This document shows, one piece after another, positions 13,250-26,332 of a stretch of DNA of 64,000 nt. The position numbers were made by a program, and so were the translations under genes. The notes beneath the pieces are model-generated. The model had not been told where the DNA came from, ran no database searches, and saw only the letters and a program-made list of their open reading frames with translations. The stretch covers positions 26,352,001 through 26,416,000 of the forward strand of contig CM059433.1 of assembly GCA_030390025.1 (NCBI GenBank), given 5' to 3'. Source of the DNA: Squalus acanthias (lineage: Eukaryota). How positions within the stretch are numbered: position 1 is the stretch's first letter; the number at the start of each line of letters is the position of its first letter.

Positions 13250-14136
13250 AAACATTTTTTGACACCCATGCCACCAGCAGTGTCTTGCACATGGTGTGGT
13301 AGCATATTAGAAAATTACACATGCACCAAATGGGTCTGTTTCCCTTCACTAGCTGCCTCACAGGGTGCAGCGTCTCAATTTTTTTGCACAGTCATTAGAC
13401 TACTTAGTCATGTGGACATGATGTGCCCTCACCACTGCCACACCTGAGATCAGCTGAGTAGCACAAACCAGGGATCAAACCTGGGACATCTTGATCTGTA
13501 TGGCTCATCATCGCACTATGCAATGCACTTATCCATTCAGTCATCAGGAAGCTGCTATAAAACGCTCCTATCTTGATAAGGTAAAGAAGTATTTTACTCT
13601 ATTAGGTAAAGCGAGCATTGCATGCTGGTAAGATATGAGATATCGGGTGTGCTCAATTCCCACCATGGACTTCACCCAGTTGGTTAGTGAATGCCCAAGT
13701 GCAAAGGAGAAAATCTGCCCTGGAGTTTTTATTTTCCCTTTCCCACATAATCTTTTGGGTGTTTACACCTAACAGGTAGCTACTCGGTTAACATCAGTTC
13801 CTAGTCCATCAGAAAGCACCTAAATAAAAGCTAAAAGGTCGATTGCAACATAGGAACAGGAGTAGGCCATTCAGCCCCTCGAGCCTGTTCCGCCATTCAA
13901 TGAGATCATGGCTGACCTGTATCTTAACTCCATCTACCCATCTACCCTTGTCTAACAAAAATCGACCAATCTCAGTTTTGAAATTATATAATTATAACTA
14001 TAAAACCAAAAATACGGTAAAACACAAATTAGAAAAGGAATTATGACAGAATATGAATAACTGTTTGCTTTGGTTATAGATTCACAAAGTAAGCTGATTA
14101 TGCTGCATTCAATTTTTTTTGATATAGTAAACATAC

Positions 14137-14214
14137 CTTTTCATTCTGTAGACCATCCCTAGGTCCAACTTCAACTATCTTTACAAATTCAGGAAGAGCT
14201 GGTGTTACATTGTT
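14137..14214 (-). CDS. hmgcll1: HMG-CoA lyase-like 1, coding exon 2
   Basis: 78-nt exon with polypyrimidine-TAG acceptor and GTATGT donor; NNVTPALPEFVKIVEVGPRDGLQNEK contains the lyase RDGLQNE motif. Confidence 0.95.
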
Positions 14215-15556
14215 CTAGAGGTAAAAAAAATAAAAAAAAACATTGAAGCAAAAGTAAACATTCGATCAAGCAAAATTCTGTCCTTTTCTAGAATTCAGTG
14301 TATTCGCAAAGCTTGAGGGTGAAGTTTCCTCGCCCACTTCCTGCTGCGTGCCAGCCAGGTACAGTGAAGAGGAAAATCTTCCCTGTAATCTCTAGACAGA
14401 AGACAATACATCATGCCATTGGTTATTAATGCTATCTTCTATGAAAATACCATGAATTTTGTAAAAACACACAATAATCAGATGTGTTTGTTTTCACCTC
14501 ACAAAAAGATCATAAAGATCCCAAGCTTGCCTTGCAAGTCTCATTACTCTATTGCTTCATTGACATACATCATTTTATATGAAAGTTTAGGATAGACTTC
14601 CATGATAAAACTTCCAGGTTTAAATCAAAGCTGCAGGATTCAAACTTAGTTATCTCCAATGGCAACGTTTGCCAGGTCCTGCCTGGAATGAGAGATGTAG
14701 CTCCTTGCTGTCGTGGGGAGATACCATTACCACATCAGGAAGCTGATGAAAAATAAATCTAAAGAGAATCTTATCATGTCTTCCACTGAATCCTTTTAGT
14801 CAATACAGAATATCAAAGGTGGTATGTGAGTAGTTTGTGCTCCATACCATTTTGCATTTCTGGCTAAAGAAATTCAGTATGGAATTGGGAAGATATATTA
14901 ACATATGTTCCATATGAACACATGAAAACATGTGGCAATATTCACAACAAAATTTTAACACAGAGGGCGCGAACTTGCCAGCCCTGGGGAGGCGGGTATA
15001 GAGGCGGGACTGTCGGGAAAATGGCAGAATCTGGGGGCGGGTGCCCATCCCACCCCCAAACTCGCCTCCGTGCCATCTTGCCAGGAGGCGGGTAGCTGAC
15101 CCGCGCCGGGTCCCGTCTCCTTGGAGGCGGGAAGGGGATTACAGCCACTTAACTGCCTGTTAACAGGCAGATAAGAGGATTATCCCCATTTTACCCACAC
15201 AAGTGCGGGCTTCCCGAAGGCTGCGAACCCCGCCAGGGTCAGCGAGGTGGGCTGTGGGTCTGCGGGGGTCGGAGGGGTGCAAAAGTGCACTGTGATGGTA
15301 AGTGATGGGTGCAAGTGTGGAGAGGTAAGTATGTGAGGTGAGTAGAAAGTGATAGAAAATGTTTACTTACCTTTGTTTCTTCCTGCAGGCTTCAAACGTT
15401 GGGGATGCGGAGAGTCTCGCATCTCACCGGCAGAGATGACAGATGGCTGCTGCATTCTCCGATGCAACAAACATCTAATTTCTGCTCACAAAAGAGGTTT
15501 GATGAGTCTTGAATACAAGAACTCATCAAACAACAGAGAATGTCAGTGATTGACAC

Positions 15557-16670
15557 TTTTGGTTGGAGAAGTTAATAATTCGAAGTGATGATATTAATTA
15601 CAGCAGGGAAATTGCAATGCAGGAAGTGATGGAACAGGGTATGCTCAGGAGTCTAGCCAGTTTGGTTAACCATAACTGGCCAATTAGGATAGGTGGCACA
15701 TCGCAGTTGCACAGTGAAGAAAAATCGATGGGCCCTCATAGTAATACCTGAATGGTTAATAAGCTGATAATGACAATATAATGAATTGAATATTGTACTG
15801 ATAGCAATACTTTACTGTGCTTAATTCATTTGTGAGAAAGATTGATTAAGGCACTCATTACCAATGCATGACTGTCTGCTTACAGATCTACATTATTGTT
15901 GCTAATGCATTTGATGATGCCACAGGAAGTCAATCTGTTGCTAAAAAATAAATAATAATACCACAATTGTCCCATTGCTAAGCATAACATTCAATTCTTG
16001 TACTGTTGACATAAAAGAACAATAACTTGTATTTATAAAGCGTCTTTAAGCGTTGTGGGGCAACACGGTGGCATAGTGGTTAGCACTGGTGCCTCACAGC
16101 GCCAGGGACCCGGGTTCGAATCTGGCCTCGGGTGACTGTCTGTATGGAGTTTGTACATTCTCCCCGTGTCTGCGTGGGTTTCCTCCGGGTGCTCCGGTTT
16201 CCTCCGGGTGCTCCGGTTTCCTCCCAAGTCCAAAAATGTGCGGGTTAGGTTGATTTGGCTATGATAAATTGACCCTTAGTGTTAGGGGGGGATTAAATAT
16301 GTGGGGTTACGGGGATAGGATGGGATATGTTAGGGGGAATTAAATACGTGGGGTTACGGGGATAGGGTGGGATATGTGTCGGTGCAGGCTCGATGGGGAT
16401 TCTGTGTGAGAAAGCAGGGACAGGGTACTGGATTTGGATGATCAGCCATGATCGTATTGAATGGTGGAGCAGGCTCGACGGGTCGAATGGCCTACTCCTG
16501 CTCCTAGTTTCTATGTTTCTATGTTTAACGTAGTAAAATGGCCCAAGGCGCTTCACAGGAGCATTATCAAATAAAATTTGACACCAACCCTGTTCCATCA
16601 CTTCCTGCATTGCGGTTTCCCTGCTGTAATTAATATCATCACTTCGAATTATTAACTTCTCCAACCAAAA
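15557..16670. repeat. 84-bp inverted repeat pair (15557-15640 and 16587-16670)
   Basis: Arms are reverse complements with 2 mismatches. Confidence 0.9.
16057..16527 (+). mobile_element. tRNA-derived V-SINE (HE1-like) with CR1-type 3' tail
   Basis: Box A TGGCATAGTGG, box B GGTTCGAATC, V-domain GTGTCTGCGTGGGTTTCCTCCGGGTGCTCCGGTTTCCTCC; tail matches the 3' end of the CR1 at about 34425-34542. Confidence 0.88.
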
Positions 16671-16994
16671 GCGTTTCACCCAATTTGTTCACATAAAATA
16701 TAAGAAAAATAATGAGCAACCTAATTCCCCAAAAGTCTCCATCCAGTCTCTTATTTTTTGTCTTATGGTAATTACAGAGACCCCCCTCCTCCAACCACAC
16801 ACATACACAATTAATATTTTGAGAAATATCCGTGGTTCAATGGATGGAGTTGTCTCTTTGAGCTTCTGTTCCTTAATAATTCTTGATATCAATATACCCT
16901 GGTTACATCAAGTGTTAATATAAGGTGGGAGAGCGTTAACTGGAGCTACAGACTGGCTGACAGTGGGTGGCAATCAATGACTGGAGCGTCCTAC

Positions 16995-17093
16995 CTGCAG
17001 TCCTCGTGGGAAGAGAGTGTCCCCAATGGGGAGCCAATCCATGCTCAACCCGGAGCTCAGGCATTCTTTGACGGTGGAGGGAATGTTCCCCAT
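16995..17093 (-). CDS. hmgcll1: HMG-CoA lyase-like 1, coding exon 1
   Basis: 99-nt exon MGNIPSTVKECLSSGLSMDWLPIGDTLFPRGLQ followed by a GTAGGA donor; resembles the HMGCLL1 N-terminus (MGNVPSAVKHCLS, recalled) with an MGxxxS myristoylation motif; in phase with exons 2-3. Confidence 0.85.
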
Positions 17094-17400
17094 GGACGCG
17101 GGCCGCCCGGATCCAGCGCCCGCCCCTTTTTTTTAATGCGATCGCCGGCTGAACAACTCCGAAGAAGACATGGAAAAAATATTAAGCTTGTATGCAGAAA
17201 AAAAAAACCCCGAGTCAGACAATCACTGAAGGAGTGCTGCGGTGTTGACGAACTGATGGTGAATCAGCATCCAGGTACCGCTGGAAATCTCTTGCTTTCT
17301 GCTCCCCAGTGCAGATGCTGCACAAACACTGCACCAGTGCACGCCCAGTCTGCGCGCCTGCAGTCATCAGCATCTGGAAAACTAATCCGGACCTGGACAG
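17094..17400 (-). promoter_or_regulatory. Probable hmgcll1 5' UTR / proximal promoter
   Basis: Locally GC/CpG-rich unique sequence directly upstream of the exon-1 ATG. Confidence 0.45.
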
Positions 17401-17531
17401 TAACACATACAAATACGTAGTGGAAAATGCCCTCCAGCTTCCACGCAGTGAATGTAATATTTCCCAGGACGGTATATTATATAACAAAAATTTTTTTTTT
17501 TCAAGTGTATTTAAATATCTTTGGATATAGT

Positions 17532-20500
17532 GGCCTAGAAACTCAGCTGCACAGAGTCCAATTTTCGGTGCTAAAATGGATTACATAGGATATACGGCAC
17601 AGAAACAGGCCACTCGGCCCAACCAGTCCAAGCTGGCCTTTATGCTCCCCTCAAGCCTCCTCCCAACCTTCCTCATCTAAATCTATCAGCATAACCCTCT
17701 ATTCCCTTCTCCCTCATATGCTTAACTAGCCTCCCCTTAAATGCATCTATACTATTCGCTTCAACCACTCCCTGTGGTAGCGAGTTCCACATTCTCACCA
17801 CTCTCTGGGTAAAGACGTTTCTTCTGAATTCCCTATTGGATTTCTTGGTGGCTATCTTATATTGTTGGCCTCTAGTTTTGCTCTTCCCCACAAGTGGACA
17901 CACTCTCTCTGTGTGTCTACTCTATCAAAACCTGTCCTAATGTCCCAATTTGGCGGCCAAGAAGCACACACATTTCCAGCCGAAGGTGCAGCACCCACCA
18001 TATTGGTGTAGGTGGATAGGTTGGCGGCAGGAGCAAAGGGTAGAATATTTTATTTAAATTAGGTTTATGCGCTTTTTCCCCAACCCTTTTCCAATTTTGG
18101 TGTGCCCCAGCGCCTGATTCACCAGGTAATAAACGCATGGTGCTAACCAGTAGGGAGGCCCCTTCATCAGCGCTATTTAAATGGGATCATGAAGTATTTA
18201 TAGGTGAGTTGCTGTTTTGTCATTTTAGGTTGCTGATTAACTTCAGGTTGTTCTTTGGTGTGTTTCTGACTCTGGAAACAGAATTTTGACTGGTGCTGCA
18301 CAGTTGTGGGCTACCTTATAAACCGTTTGACTGCAGTCATGGGTGGTCTGGTATGGCTGCTTTTGGAGCTGGAGGAGGAAGGGTAGCAGCAAGGAAGATA
18401 GCAGAGAGCAGGAGCAGCTGGCACAAGAGGGAGGAGGAGGAGGGCACTGCGCAGAGGGCCGCACCCACAGAGGGTTTTCAGGGAGCACTTCACCTACATG
18501 AATGTCATGGAGGAGCAATGTATAAGACGTCTTCACTACACGTAGGAGGCTCTCACCGAGCTATGTCACCTGCTGCAGCCACAACTTGAGCCTCGCACCA
18601 TGACATGGACAGCACTGCCTGTGGCTGTCAAGATCACCATGGCCCTTAAATCTTATGCCACGGACTCCTTCCAGGCTGCAACAGTTGACATCTGTAACGT
18701 CTCACAGTTCGCAGTACACCAAAGTATCAGAGAGGTCACCAAGTCTCATTACGCCATCTTGTTCCCTATCAAAGCAGGAGGAGAGCGCACTAGGCTTCAC
18801 CCGCATGGCAGGCTTCCCCAGGGTTCAAGGTGTCATAGACTGTACACACGTTTCCTTGCATGCTCCCTATCATCAGCCTGGCATCCTTATCAATGGAAAG
18901 GGATTCCACTCCTTCAACATACAGCTGGTTTGTGACCATAAGCAACGCATCATGCAGGTCTGTGCCCACTATCCTGGCAGCAGTCATGACTCTTTCATCC
19001 TACTCCAATCCTCTGTGCCACCTTTATTCCAACCGGCCTGGCAAGTTACAGACTGGCTGTTAGGCGACAAGGGTGATCCCCTCCAGGGATGGCTCATGAC
19101 TCCCCTCAGGAACCCACGCACAGCTACAGAGCTGGCCTAGAATGAGAGCCAAGCTACCACAAGAAGCAACATTAAGCAAACAATCGGCGCGCTCAAGCAC
19201 GCTTCTGCTGCCTGGACTGTTCCGGAGGAGCTTTTCAGTACACCCCTGAGCAGGTATCCAGATCTGTTGTCTTCTGCTGCATGTTTCACAACTTCAACAC
19301 CATGAGGGACGAGCCTTTACTACCACCTGGGCAACAACAAGTACAGGAGGAGGAGCAGGAGAGGCAGCGACCTCCAATGCCCGAGCTGCCAAAGCTTACA
19401 GAGACCAAATCATCAGAGTGTTTCACCTAAATTATCCCTCCCATCCCCAATACAAGAAAAGTCCTACAATGCAGACCACCATTCAATTGCCTTTTTTCAA
19501 TTCAGCCTTATGGGTCCTGCCCTCATCTCACTACAAATATAAACACCAACACCAAATCCAGAAAAAAATAATACAGCAAACAACTCAATTGCATCTGATT
19601 CTAACAGTCAACAGAATTAATCACAAATCACCCTTGTGCAAGCCCTTAGTGCTTGTCTTCTGTGCTCATTTATTTATCCTCATGCTGCTACAAAGTGTTT
19701 CCACTGTGGCTTCAGCTTGGGAGGTGGCAGGCTGCTGAGCTTCCATTGAGGACACTTCAACTGGCCGTGGTGGGCAGCCATGGACAAGAGCAGTCTGGCT
19801 GTGTGGCACTAACAAGGGCACTAGCACAGGGGGTGGTGGGGGAGCAGGCGTGCTGTCATCCTGAGAGGGGACAGCAAGTGCCTCTCCAATGGAGCCAATG
19901 CCACTCTTAAGGGACTCTGCCTCAGCACTCTTATGGCTCTGCTCGAGAGCAGGGTGCAGGCGCGAGGTGACGCTCCAGAAGCCCCTGTCAACCGTGACCC
20001 CCAAAGCCAAGGTGGCAGTCATCTGAGCATCCATGGCATCTGTAAGAGCCGTCAGGAGAGGCTGTTTCATGGTGGGTGCCACTGTCATGTTGGTGGAACT
20101 GACCGCTCCATGCTCTGCGCGAAGCCTTGACACAAGTTGGAGCCGGACTCCTCCATGCTCCATGACATTATGCAGAAGCTCGCTGGCAGGCTGCCCAGTG
20201 CACCCAGTATTCCCTGCTGTATGTCTATTAGCATTTTTCATTAGCCTGTGCCCTCAAAGTGAGCATCTGAGTCCTCTGCAGCAGAGCCCGCGTGCGACCT
20301 CCCCCTCCAGCATGCTGGCACCTATGGAGTCCTATTCCCTGCCCTAGCTCCTGCACACTTGTAGCCGATGATTCATCCATCCTCTAGCCTAGCCTCTAAA
20401 GTACACGTGGTGCCAGTCTCTGAGCTGGTGCTTGCGAGGGTGAGATCGAGTGATGCTGCATCATCAGGAAGGCTGGCATCTTCTTCCTGCATTGGCAGAA

Positions 20501-21395
20501 TGGCATAAGCATTTTCAGCGCATGAAATGAAAGAGAGGGAGAAGGGTTAGATTTTAGTCTAAGTGGAGACCAGATCAAGGGCAGTAGCAGGTGAAAGCAT
20601 CTGCAGTTTGTCATGCAGAGTATGTAGGGTGAGATAGAAGTAAGAAGGGTAAAAGAAGATAAGGTGTGAAGAAACCCTGTGCGATGCCTCCTCCAGCGTT
20701 ACCAATCAACAAGATCATGATTCTGCCCCTGCTCATGACGGCCAACACATTTTCTTCGAGGGGTGAGAGTATGTGCAGATGGGCTTGGCCTCCTCCGCTG
20801 GCAGCCTTCTATCTGGAATTGTGGATGACCTTCTCCTGCAAGAAAGAAGGGAGAATGGTAGTGACAGACTTGTGAGGTGTTTAGAGAAAGTGTTGGTATG
20901 CTGTGTGTAAGATGTGAGGTGAAGTGAAGTGAGGGTTGCAGTAGTGCTCAGTTTGTGAGTCTAAGGAGAACGATGTGTAGTGGAGTGTGGTGTGATGATT
21001 GTGGAAGAGTTAAGGGAAGTTGGGAAGGGGAATGTTGAGAGTATTGTGTGTAGTGAGGCTGGAGGTGGTGGTGGTATGTGCAAGGAGCAAGAGATCAGTA
21101 TTCTTACCTTGACAACTCTGGTGCGGTCATTGAACGTTTTCCGGCTTTGGAGCCATATCCTTGCGGTTAAACTCCCAGCATTGACCTTGTCAGTGACATC
21201 TTCCCATTGGCAATGGAGTTCTTCCCTGGAGGGCTTTGGGCCCCCTGGGAGAGAAGAGGATCTCCCGCCTGCACCAGGGCTTCCAAGGCAGCATCAGAGA
21301 ACCGTGGTGCCCTCTCAGTGCCTGCCGCAACCATTTCTCTCCATCCAAGTGTTTTCCTGATGTCTGCAGCCAGAGTGCACCTCCTCTTTAAGATG
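17532..21395. mobile_element. Old degenerate Harbinger element; boundaries approximate; CR1 fragment nested at about 17584-17935
   Basis: Frameshifted transposase about 18339-19430 (+; GVIDCTHV, QLVCDH, LLGDKG) and convergent Myb/SANT remnant about 21360-19666 (-). Confidence 0.8.
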
Positions 21396-21396
21396 T

Positions 21397-22141
21397 CATA
21401 GAATCATACTGCACAGAAGGAGGCCATTTGGCCCATCATGCCTGTGCCAGCTCTCTGAAAGAGCTATCCAATTAGTCCCACTCCCCTGCTCTTTCCCCAT
21501 AGTCCTGCAATTTTTCCTTTTTAACTATATATCCAATTCCCCATTGAAAGTTACTATTGAATCTTCTTCCACCACCCTTTCAGGCAATCCATTCCAGATC
21601 ATAACAACTCACTGAGTAAAAATAATTCTCATCTTCCCCCTGGATTTTTTGCCAATTATCTGAAATCTGTGTCCTCTGGTTACCAACCCTGCTGCCAGTG
21701 GAAACAGTTTCTCCCTATCTACTCTATCAAAACCCCTCATAATTTTGAACACCTCTATTAAATTTCCCCTAAACCTTCTTTTGCTATAAGGAGAAAAATC
21801 CCAGCTTCTCTAAGAACATAGGAATATAGGAACAAGTGTAGGCCATTCAGCCACTCAAGCCTGTTCCACAATTAAATTAGAGCATGGCTGATCTGTATCT
21901 GAACTCCATCTACCCGCCTTGGTTCCATATCCCTTAATATCCTTGCCTAACAAAAACTTACCAATCTCAGTTTTGAAATTTTCAATTGACCCCTCAGCCT
22001 CAACAGCTTTTTAGGGGACAGAGTTCTAGATTTCCACTACTCTTTGTGTGACAAAGTGCTTCCTGACATCACCCTTGAATTTCCTAGCTCTAATTTTAAG
22101 GTTATGCCCCCTTGTTCTGGACACCCCCACCAGAGGAAATA
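21397..22141 (-). mobile_element. Two stacked CR1 3' fragments; the second resumes at about 26192-26330
   Basis: Typical CR1 3' UTR / ORF2-end sequence in reverse orientation. Confidence 0.8.
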
Positions 22142-22633
22142 GGGGGAAAAATTTGGTTAATTAGCGCCTCCGTTAGCACCCTAAGAGGGCGCTAATGGGG
22201 CGCAAAGCAACTAGCGCCCAAGCGCGGTGATGTTTGCGCCGCTCGTGAAATTGAACAGACATTTTGCGGTGGCGCTAAACACTACCACCACGATCTCCTG
22301 CGCCCGCAGATCGTGACGTCAGTCGAGCGTGCAACGCCCCGGTAGCGCCCCGGACTGGATATTGAGTGGCGCCCCCTGCCTTACCGCCTGCCACTAGCAA
22401 CGACAGGTAGAGGGGAACGCTTTGCAGTCGGGAAGGGGCTGGGGAGCGCTATTTAAAGGTGGCTGCTTCCTGCCTTTTTTTGTCAGCGACATTTTTGCAC
22501 CACGCATTCTGAGAGAGAGAGAGAGAGAGACTTCTGGAGAGATTCAACGCTGTGTGAAGGAGTTTTGGGTACTGAGCAGCACTTTGCAGGTTCATTTTGA
22601 TTTGACCTTCCTTGCATCGATTTAGAAGAGACT

Positions 22634-23747
22634 GTGGGGGCTGCACTAATTCTGGTCGTCGTCCTGCACCTGCAGAATCGGAGGCATCAGAGACGCAGAG
22701 AGAGAGTGGCAAACATGGCCAGAGGGAGGAGGGCCAACAGGCCTCTGCACAGGAGACCTTACCCTCCCAGGGTATTCCGGGAGCAATTCTCCTACATTAA
22801 TTTGTCTGAGGAGCAGTGTTTGCGCAGGCTGCACTTCAGCATGGAGGTGGTCACTGAGCTCTGCCACCTGCTGCAGCCAGATCTGCAGCCTCAACTGAGG
22901 ACCAGGGCGCCTCTGTCGGTGGCAGTGAAGGTGACACTGGCTCTGAATGTTTATGCCAGCGGCTCCTTTCAAGCATCTACTGGGGACATTGCCAATATCT
23001 CCCAGTTCGCTGTCCATTGTTGTATCCGGGAGGTGACAAATGCCCTGTATAAAAGGAGACGCCAGTACATCTCTTTCCCCATGACCCGGGCCAAACAGCA
23101 TGAATGTGCATGTGGCTTTGCTAGGATAGCGGGCTTCCCCACGGTGCAGGGCGCCATTGACTGCACGCATGTGGCATTGCGGGCACTGCATGAAAATGCA
23201 GAGGTATTCCGAAACCGCAAGGGCTACCACTGCTTAAATGTGCAGTTGGTCTGTGACCACAGACAGCTCATACTCACCGTCAATGCCCGCTATCCTGGCA
23301 GCAGCCACGATGCTTTCATCCTGCGCCAGACTGGTGTGCCAGACCTTTTCCAGGCACCGCATCACCCAAGTGGATGGCTCCTCGGGGACAAGGGTTATTC
23401 ACTCTGCACCTGGCTGATGATACCACTCCGTAACCCCAACACCCCTGCCGAGCTGCGGTATAATAAGAGCCATATCGCCACCAGGAACATAATTGAGCAG
23501 ACGATCAGTCCTGCAGTACTCTCCTGAGCGAGTCTATCTCTTCATAGTTGTGTGCTGCATGCTTCACAAACTGGCAATCCTGAGGACCCAGCCAATGCCA
23601 CCAGGGATTGCTGCACCACCTGAGGAGGAGGAGGAGGAAGAGGAGGATGAGGAGGAGTATCAGCAGCAGCACCAATGCGGGAGGGAGCCGCACAATGTTG
23701 CCACTGCAAGGGCCGTCCGTCAACGGCTGATAAGAAGCCGCTTCTAG
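22634..23747 (+). pseudogene. Harbinger transposase pseudogene
   Basis: Start codon reads GTG; GAIDCTH, QLVCD and LGDKGY present; frameshifting deletion at about 23507 removes the segment equivalent to GVLKQWFRCLDHSGG. Confidence 0.88.
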
Positions 23748-24056
23748 GCCCCTACTCAGAAGATGGCTTCTGGCATGGAGAACAACATCATGGAAAGCAA
23801 CCCGCACCCGCTATTGTCGACCAAAGCTGGAATGATTCCAAAGGCCAAAAATGTAAATTTTGAATACAACTTTTTTCTTTAACAAACTCTGTGTGTGTCA
23901 TTTATTCAGGACAAACAATTCGAAACAAACACAACAAATCATGAATTAACAGAACTCGTTCTCACAAGATGGAGATAAACGGCAAAACAGTAAACAAATG
24001 TAATCAGACGAACCTCGACCTTTACCACAAACATTCCCACCATTTATTTAGACCTC

Positions 24057-25830
24057 CTACTGTTTGCCCTTCGAGGGTGATCTCCATCCCCTGCACACTT
24101 CCCCCCTTCCCACCCTACTGCTCCTCCGTAATGGGGCCCAAGTGGCTGCAGCAAGGCTGGTGGAAGGCTGCAGAATGTCAGATGCAGAGACTACAGATGC
24201 CCTTGAAGGACGCCCTCGACCAGCTCTGGGCCTGGAGGGCCCGACTGCATACTGCACCAACTCTGCATGGGCGGCAGCAGTCTGGCCTGGCTGTGTTGCA
24301 GACCGTGGCAAGTGCAATGGGGAAGTGCCAGTGGTGGGAGCAGGAATGCTGTCATCCTGAGAGAGGATAGCACCTTCCTGTTCGACCAACACACTGGCAC
24401 TCCCATGGGGCAGTACCTCAGCATCCGGCGCAATCTGCTCGAGCACAGATTGCTGGCCTGCTGCGGCACCGTGAGAGCCCCGGGGCAATGTGGCCGACCC
24501 AGCGAGGATGGCAGCAGTCAATGCTTGCGTGACATCAATCTGAGACTGCATGAGAGCAGTCTGAGACTGGATGGCACCAGCCAATGACTGAATTGCAGCA
24601 CTAAGCCGTTGTGTGCATCGGCCTGTGCTGCAGCAGACTGCTCCACACTCCTAGCCAGTCCATTCATGCTTTCGGGCACCCTTGCCATTGCACCCATGAG
24701 CTCAGTGTGCATGCTCAAGGCCTGGTTATTCATTTCCGCGATGAGGTGCTCCTCCTCTGAGTTCAGTGCAGCAGGACTCGCTTGCCTACTCGCCCTCCAG
24801 GGAGATGGCCCCCGAGCTTCCCTACCCCCATGGCGTTGCTGCAGGCCGCTGGGTCCCGGAGCTTTGTCCTCATCAGGCCCTACCCCCCTGCTCCCCTCCA
24901 GGGAAGGCATGGTCCCAGTGTGGGCATGGGCTCCCTCAGGAGACGCAGGCGTTGAGGCTCCGGCTTCCTCTTCCTCCTCACCTGGGGCGTCACTGCCACT
25001 GGTTCTTTGAGGGACAGGCTGGTCAGCTGGTGGTTCACTATCTGAAAGCAGCGAGGTACAAGAGTGGCTTTAGCGTCAGGACAGGGGAGCAGTAAGGGAG
25101 CAAGGACTGGAGACATTTAGTAAGTTGGATTGAGAGTGTAAAAGGCTGTGTTGTGAGGGGCAAGTGGAATAAGAGAGGAGAGAAAGCTGATGAACTTACC
25201 ATTGCTGTCCCCAAGGGGGTCGACCTCTCCAGCGGCAACGGCACCTCTCACCTGGCTGGCAGCGATCCTGTGCAGGCGCGCCTCCAAATCGGTGAGGGTG
25301 TGTAGGTCAGCCGGCCCTCCACCCGTCCGTTGCTGCTGGCGCCTGTTGTGAGATAGCTTGGCCTGCAAGAAAAAGGACGGCGTCTGAGTAAATGTGCAGC
25401 CATGTGCTTGCCTGATGTGCCTCCCATAGTTGAATGGCCCTTAATGTATGCAAGGTGTGGAATGTGCGTGTGTGTTTTATGAGATGGCCATAGGTCTTGG
25501 ATGAGTGCTGGGCATTTGGGGTTTTTAAACCCTCTGGGCACAGAGTGAAGTTGAGATGGAGGAATGTAGAGGTATTGAAAAGCAGCCACTCACCCTGACC
25601 ACCCGAGTGAGGTCGTTGAACTTCTTCCGACATTGGGTGTGGGCCCTCGGCATCAGGCTCCTGGAGGAGACATGCTGAGCCACCTCCCTCCAGACTCTTC
25701 TGTATTCGCGTGGCAATGGCCTCCTGCCTCTCTGTGGGTAGAGCACTGCCTTTCACCGCTCCACAGCGACAACCAGAGCCACCAAGGCCCGGTCGCTGAA
25801 GCGCTGAGCTCTTTCCCTGGGCCTCTCCAT
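24057..25830 (-). pseudogene. Harbinger Myb/SANT-like DNA-binding protein gene (3 exons) with premature stop
   Basis: MERPRERAQRFSDRALVALVVAVER* then WREVAQ...QCRKKFNDL; exon structure parallels 40206-42416. Confidence 0.85.
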
Positions 25831-26332
25831 TGTTGGTTCCAGCAGAATTGATGTACAGGTCTCTCCAGGCCGAGATTCAAGGCTGCAATGAGCAGGGTGT
25901 GGCTGGAGAGCAAGATCGACCCTCCCCTTTAAGAACTGGCTGGCGCCAGTGTGTCTGTGTTCCATTGCTGACTGACATCACCTGAGCTTCGCCCGCGCTC
26001 TGAGGTAGCGCCTCGCTCCTCGGCGTTAGCGCCTTAAGACAGGTGTGTAGAGCCTGATTTAGCGCTCAAATCACATCCAGGGGTGATAGAAGCCAAGTTT
26101 GCAGTCGGAGGTGATAATTAGCGCCAGGCGCTAACCTTTGCACCCGGCTGATAATTGCGCCCCAAACGGGGCGATACTGAATTTCTCCCCCTTAATCTCT
26201 ATCCACCCTATTAAATCCTTTTGTCATTTTAAACACCTCACTTTGAGCACCTCATAATCTTCTATTCTCAAGGGAATACAAGCCTAGTCTATGCAATATG
26301 TCCTCAAAATTTAACTCTTTTAGCCCCAATTC

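Larger units (their letters stand above)
22142..26191. mobile_element. Full-length but inactivated Harbinger element
   Basis: TIRs GGGGGAAAAATTTGGT / GGGGGAGAAATTCAGT; flanks ATA/TTA (imperfect TSD); convergent transposase and Myb genes. Confidence 0.92.

Noticed and set aside
16057..16130. tRNA gene
   Set aside because: A/B boxes belong to a SINE head that continues into a V-domain and a LINE tail.
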